From NCBI RefSeq assembly GCF_009914755.1, contig NC_060948.1: a stretch of DNA of 64,000 nucleotides. One strand, written 5' to 3'. The DNA is from the human T2T-CHM13v2.0 reference genome, Homo sapiens. The position numbers were made by a program, and so were the translations under genes. The notes under the pieces are model-generated. The model was not told where the DNA came from, did no database searches, and saw only the letters and a program-made list of their open reading frames with translations. Numbering within the stretch: position 1 is the first letter of the stretch; every line of letters starts with the position of its first letter. Positions 58,051-64,000 of this stretch are shown piece after piece.

Positions 58051-60178
58051 AGATCCATATTTTTTAAATGAAAAAAAATTTCAAAGGTACTCTGCTTGGT
58101 ACAATAATCAAATGTATAAACTGAGGAATAAAACATAACCATGAAACCTACTTATAACTGCATATGGAAAATACAGAGGATAATTTTTTAAATAACATAT
58201 TTTGAAAGCCTTAACTAGTAATTTGAAGAGTTGGCATTTGAAAGGCCAGTATGAATATACCTTCAAAGCAGCAACACAGGTTCCCCATGAGAAAAAGCAA
58301 ACACAGGGAAAATAAAAACACAAAGGTTCAATCTCTTCTGACCTTTGAAAGACACAGCACAGACAGTGGTCCTTAGGACGAAGAGCAGGAGACCCCTAAT
58401 TCCGTCACCATGGCGATAGGGCATAAACATTGCTGGGTGAGGGCACAATCCACATTGTGAGGTCCAACTGCTGCCAGGAAGACAGGAGTGCTTTTACATA
58501 GACCGAAAGGTCATTGAAGGCTCAGAGTTTTGTTTCAAGAACTGAATCCCAAGCCCACACGTTATTAGGCTGCGCTTCTTAAAACAAGTTATGAGATGGG
58601 AAAAAGGGCACCCACAAACATACGTATACATTATGTATATAATAATATACAGTGTCATATATATAATATATATAACCTATGTATAATATTGTTTTACATC
58701 CTGCATCTTATGTTATATATATTGTATAAAATATAATAATTGATAATATATAACTTTTATAATTATACAATATGACATATAGTATATATTATAATTTATG
58801 ACATATATAATATATGTTATATATCATATACAGAATATATTATACGGTTAATATACGTATTAAATATAAATTATACATTATATATATTATATATAATATA
58901 TCTGTTATATATAATACCCATTATGCATAATATATATATTATGTCTATGTTATATATAGTATAAAACAACATATAATAATATATAATTGTATATATAAAA
59001 TGCGACATATAATATATATTATATTTTATAACATATGTAATATATATTATATATTATATATAATACGTTGTATGTATAATACCTATATTAAATATATATT
59101 ATATGACTATGTTATTAATTACATGTCACATGTGTTATATATTATATATTTTACATAGAATATACCGGTTACATACAATATATACCATGTTACCTATAAT
59201 GTATAATTTATTACATGTAAAATAAAGAATGCAATATATTATGTATAATTTATAATATACAATATGTGGAATGTGATATATATAACATATAATATATGAT
59301 ATATGATATACAGTATATGATATATAACATACAATATATGATTCCTAATATATATGGTATACAATATATATTTTATGACATGTATTCTATATGTTTTATA
59401 TTCTGTTATATATAACTATTTGAAATTATATTTAACTGTATAATATTTTATGTAAATATGTAATATAATATATATAACTATATAATATATTATATATAAC
59501 TATATATTATGTTATATATACTTTTATAACATAATTTACATAAAATATCATAATATAATATATATTATATTATTTCATATTACGTAATATATATTACATA
59601 TCACCCAATATAACTAACATACATAATATTATAATATAGATTATATTATGTTATATTAAATATCATATATATCATGTATCATATATTCTATAATATATAT
59701 TACACATTATATAATATGTATGTTGTCTATTATGTGATATATATAACTCTATATATAATTATATTTTTATACATATAACTAGATAAACATGTAATTCTAC
59801 ATATTTTCATTTATAATATGTAGAAGTATATAATCATATATAATTATTTATATTCTATAAAAAATTTTATCATTATATAAATTATACTATATAAAAATTA
59901 TAATATGTACTACAAATATATATATTATATATCATATATGATATAGTACCTTTGTTATATATCATAATACATATAAATGTGTATTATGTTAACTATAATT
60001 ATATAATTTCATGTATAAGATGTATAATATGTATCATATATTATATATGTTATGTAATATATATAGTATATATAAGATGACACAGGATAAATATTATATA
60101 CTATGACATATAAAATATATGAGCTTATATTTTACATATAAGGCATAGCACATAACATGTAATATATATCATATATAA

Positions 60179-60469
60179 TTTTTTTTAGACAGAATCTTGT
60201 CCTGTTGCACAGGGTGGGGTACAATGGCGCCATCTTTGCTCACTGCAACTTCTGCCTCACGGGTCCAAGCGATGGTCCTCCCTCAGCCTCCCAGGTAGCT
60301 GGGACTACACCACACTGGGACTACACCAGCTGCCACCATGCCTAGCTAATTTTTTGGATTTTTAGTAGTGACAGCGTTTCACTGTATTGGCCAGGATGGT
60401 CTTGATCTCTTCACCTTGTGATCCCCTTGCCTTGGCCTCCAAATTTGCTGGGATTACAGGCCTGAGCCA
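60179..60469 (-). mobile_element. Alu copy within satellite unit (subfamily B)
   Basis: Near-identical to 36021-36311; T8 tail. Confidence 0.92.
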
Positions 60470-62574
60470 AGATCCATATTTTTTAAATGAAAAAAAATTT
60501 CAAAGGTACTCTGCTTGGTACAATAATCAAATGTATAAACTGAGGAATAAAACATACCCATGAAACCTACTTATAACTGCATATGGAAAATACAGAGGAT
60601 AATTTTTTAAATAACATATTTTGAAAGCCTTAACTAGTAATTTGAAGAGTTGGCATTTGAAAGGCCAGTATGAATATACCTTCAAAGCAGCAACACAGGT
60701 TCCCCATGAGAAAAAGCAAACACAGGGAAAATAAAAACACAAAGGTTCAATCTCTTCTGACCTTTGAAAGACACAGCACAGACAGTGGTCCTTAGGACGA
60801 AGAGCAGGAGACCCCTAATTCCGTCACCATGGCGATAGTGCATAAACATTGCTGGGTGAGGGCACAATCCACATTGTGAGGTCCAACTGCTGCCAGGAAG
60901 ACAGGAGTGCTTTTACATAGACCGAAAGGTCATTGAAGGCTCAGAGTTTTGTTTCAAGAACTGAATCCCAAGCCCACACGTTATTAGGCTGCGCTTCTTA
61001 AAACAACTTATGAGATGGGAAAAAGGGCACCCACAAACATACGTATACATTATGTATATAATAATATACAGTGTCATATATATAATATATATAACCTATG
61101 TATAATATTGTTTTACATCCTGCATCTTATGTTATATATATTGTATAAAATATAATAATTGATAATATATAAGTTTTATAATTATACAATATGACATATA
61201 GTATATATTATAATTTATGACATATATAATATATGTTATATATCATATACAGAATATATTATACGGTTAATATACGTATTAAATATAAATTATACATTAT
61301 ATATATTATATATAATATATCTGTTATATATAATACCCGTTATGCATAATATATATATTATGTCTATGTTATATATAGTATAAAACAACATATAATAATA
61401 TATAATTGTATATATAAAATGCGACATATAATATATATTATATTTTATAACATATGTAATATATATTATATATTATATATAATACGTTGTATGTATAATA
61501 CCTATATTAAATATATATTATATGACTATGTTGTTAATTACATGTCACATGTGTTATATATTATATATTTTACATAGAATATACCGGTTACATACAATAT
61601 ATACCATGTTACCTATAATGTATAATTTATTACATGTAAAATAAAGAATGCAATATATTATGTATAATTTATAATATACAATATGTGGAATGTGATATAT
61701 ATAACATATAATATATGATATATGATATACAGTATATGATATATAACATACAATATATGATTCCTAATATATATGGTATACAATATATATTTTATGATAT
61801 GTATTCTGTATGTTTTATATTCTGTTATATATAACTATTTGAAATTATATATAACTGTATAATATTTTATGTAAATATGTAATATAATATATATAACTAT
61901 ATAATATATTATATATAACTATATATTATGTTATATATACTTTTATAACATAATTTACATAAAATATCATAATATAATATATATTATATTATTTCATATT
62001 ACATAATATATATTACATATCACCCAACATAACTAACATACATAATATTATAATATAGATTATATTGTGTTATATTAAATATCATATATATCATGTATCA
62101 TATATTCTATAATATATATTACACATTATATAATATGTATGTTGTCTATTATGTGATATATATAACTATATATATAATTATATTTTTATACATATAACTA
62201 GATAAACATGTAATTCTACATATTTTCATTTATAATATGTAGAAGTATATAATCATATATAATTATTTATATTCTATAAAAAATTATATCATTATATAAA
62301 TTATAATATATAAAAATTATAATATGTACTACAAATATATATATTATATATCATATATGATATAGTACCTTTGTTATATATCATAATACATATAAATGTG
62401 TATTATGTTATGTATAATTATATAATTTCATATATAAGATGTATAATATTTATAATATATTATAAATGTTATGTAATATATATAGTATATATAAGATGAC
62501 ACAGGATAAATATTATATACTATGACATATAAAATATATGAGGTTATATGTTACATATAAGGCATAGCACATAA

Positions 62575-62889
<315 letters not shown>

Positions 62890-64000
62890 AGATCCATATT
62901 TTTTAAATGAAAAAAAATTTCAAAGGTACTCTGCTTGGTACAATAATCAAATGTATAAACTGAGGAATAAAACATAAACATGAAACCTACTTATAACTGC
63001 ATATGGAAAATACAGAGGATAATTTTTTAAATAACATATTTTGAAAGCCTTAACTAGTAATTTGAAGAGTTGGCATTTGAAAGGCCAGTATGAATATACC
63101 TTCAAAGCAGCAACACAGGTTCCCCATGAGAAAAAGCAAACTCAGGGAAAATAAAACCACAAAGGTTCAATCTCTTCTGACCTTTGAAAGACACAGCACA
63201 GACAGTGGTCCTTAGGACGAAGAGCAGGAGACCCCTAATTCCGTCACCATGGCGATAGGGCATAAACACTGCTGGGTGAGGGCACAATCCACATTGTGAG
63301 GTCCAACTGCTGCCAGGAAGACAGGAGTGCTTTTACATAGACCGAAAGGTCATTGAAGGCTCAGAGTTTTGTTTCAAGAACTGAATCCCAAGCCCACACG
63401 TTATTAGGCTGCGCTTCTTAAAACAAGTTATGAGATGGGAAAAAGGGCACTAACAAACATACGTATACATTATGTATATAATAATATACAGTATCATATA
63501 TATAATATATATAACCTATGTATAATATTGTTTTACATCCTGCATCTTATATTATATATATTGTATAAAATATAATAATTGATAATATATAAGTTTTATA
63601 TTTATACAATATGACATATAGTATATATTATAATTTATGACATATATAATATATGTTATATATCATATATAGAATATATTATACGGTTAATATACGTATT
63701 AAATATAAATTATACATTATATATATTATACATAATATATCTGTTATATATAATACCCATTATGCATAATATATATATTATGTCTATGTTATGTATAGTA
63801 TAAAACAACATATAATAATATATAATTGTATATATAAAATGCGACATATAATATATATTATATTTTATGACATCTGTAATATATATTATATATTATATAT
63901 AATACGTTGTATGTATAATAGCTATATTAAATATATATTATATGACTATGTTATTAATTACATGTCACATATGTTATATATTATATATTATACATAGAAT

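Overview
The whole 64-kb window is one head-to-tail tandem array of a ~2.42-kb composite satellite, about 26.5 copies in a single orientation. Unit spacings from the repeated 61-aa ORF anchors are 2403-2420 bp. Each unit has three parts: a ~290-bp Alu on the minus strand with a private 16-bp internal duplication, a ~570-bp moderately GC-rich segment (HSATI-type), and ~1.55 kb of extremely AT-rich degenerate sequence. This architecture, and a predicted ~2.15-kb HaeIII fragment, match the human DYZ2 / HSat1B satellite of Yq12 heterochromatin; related HSat1B copies also occur on acrocentric short arms. I see no credible gene: all listed ORFs are artefacts of the repeat. I found no new biological system. 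The noteworthy content is the array's internal history: two unit subfamilies in blocks, one graded and one abrupt boundary, nested multi-unit duplications, and one unit with an apparently ancestral Alu tract. Variants were compared by eye, not by alignment.
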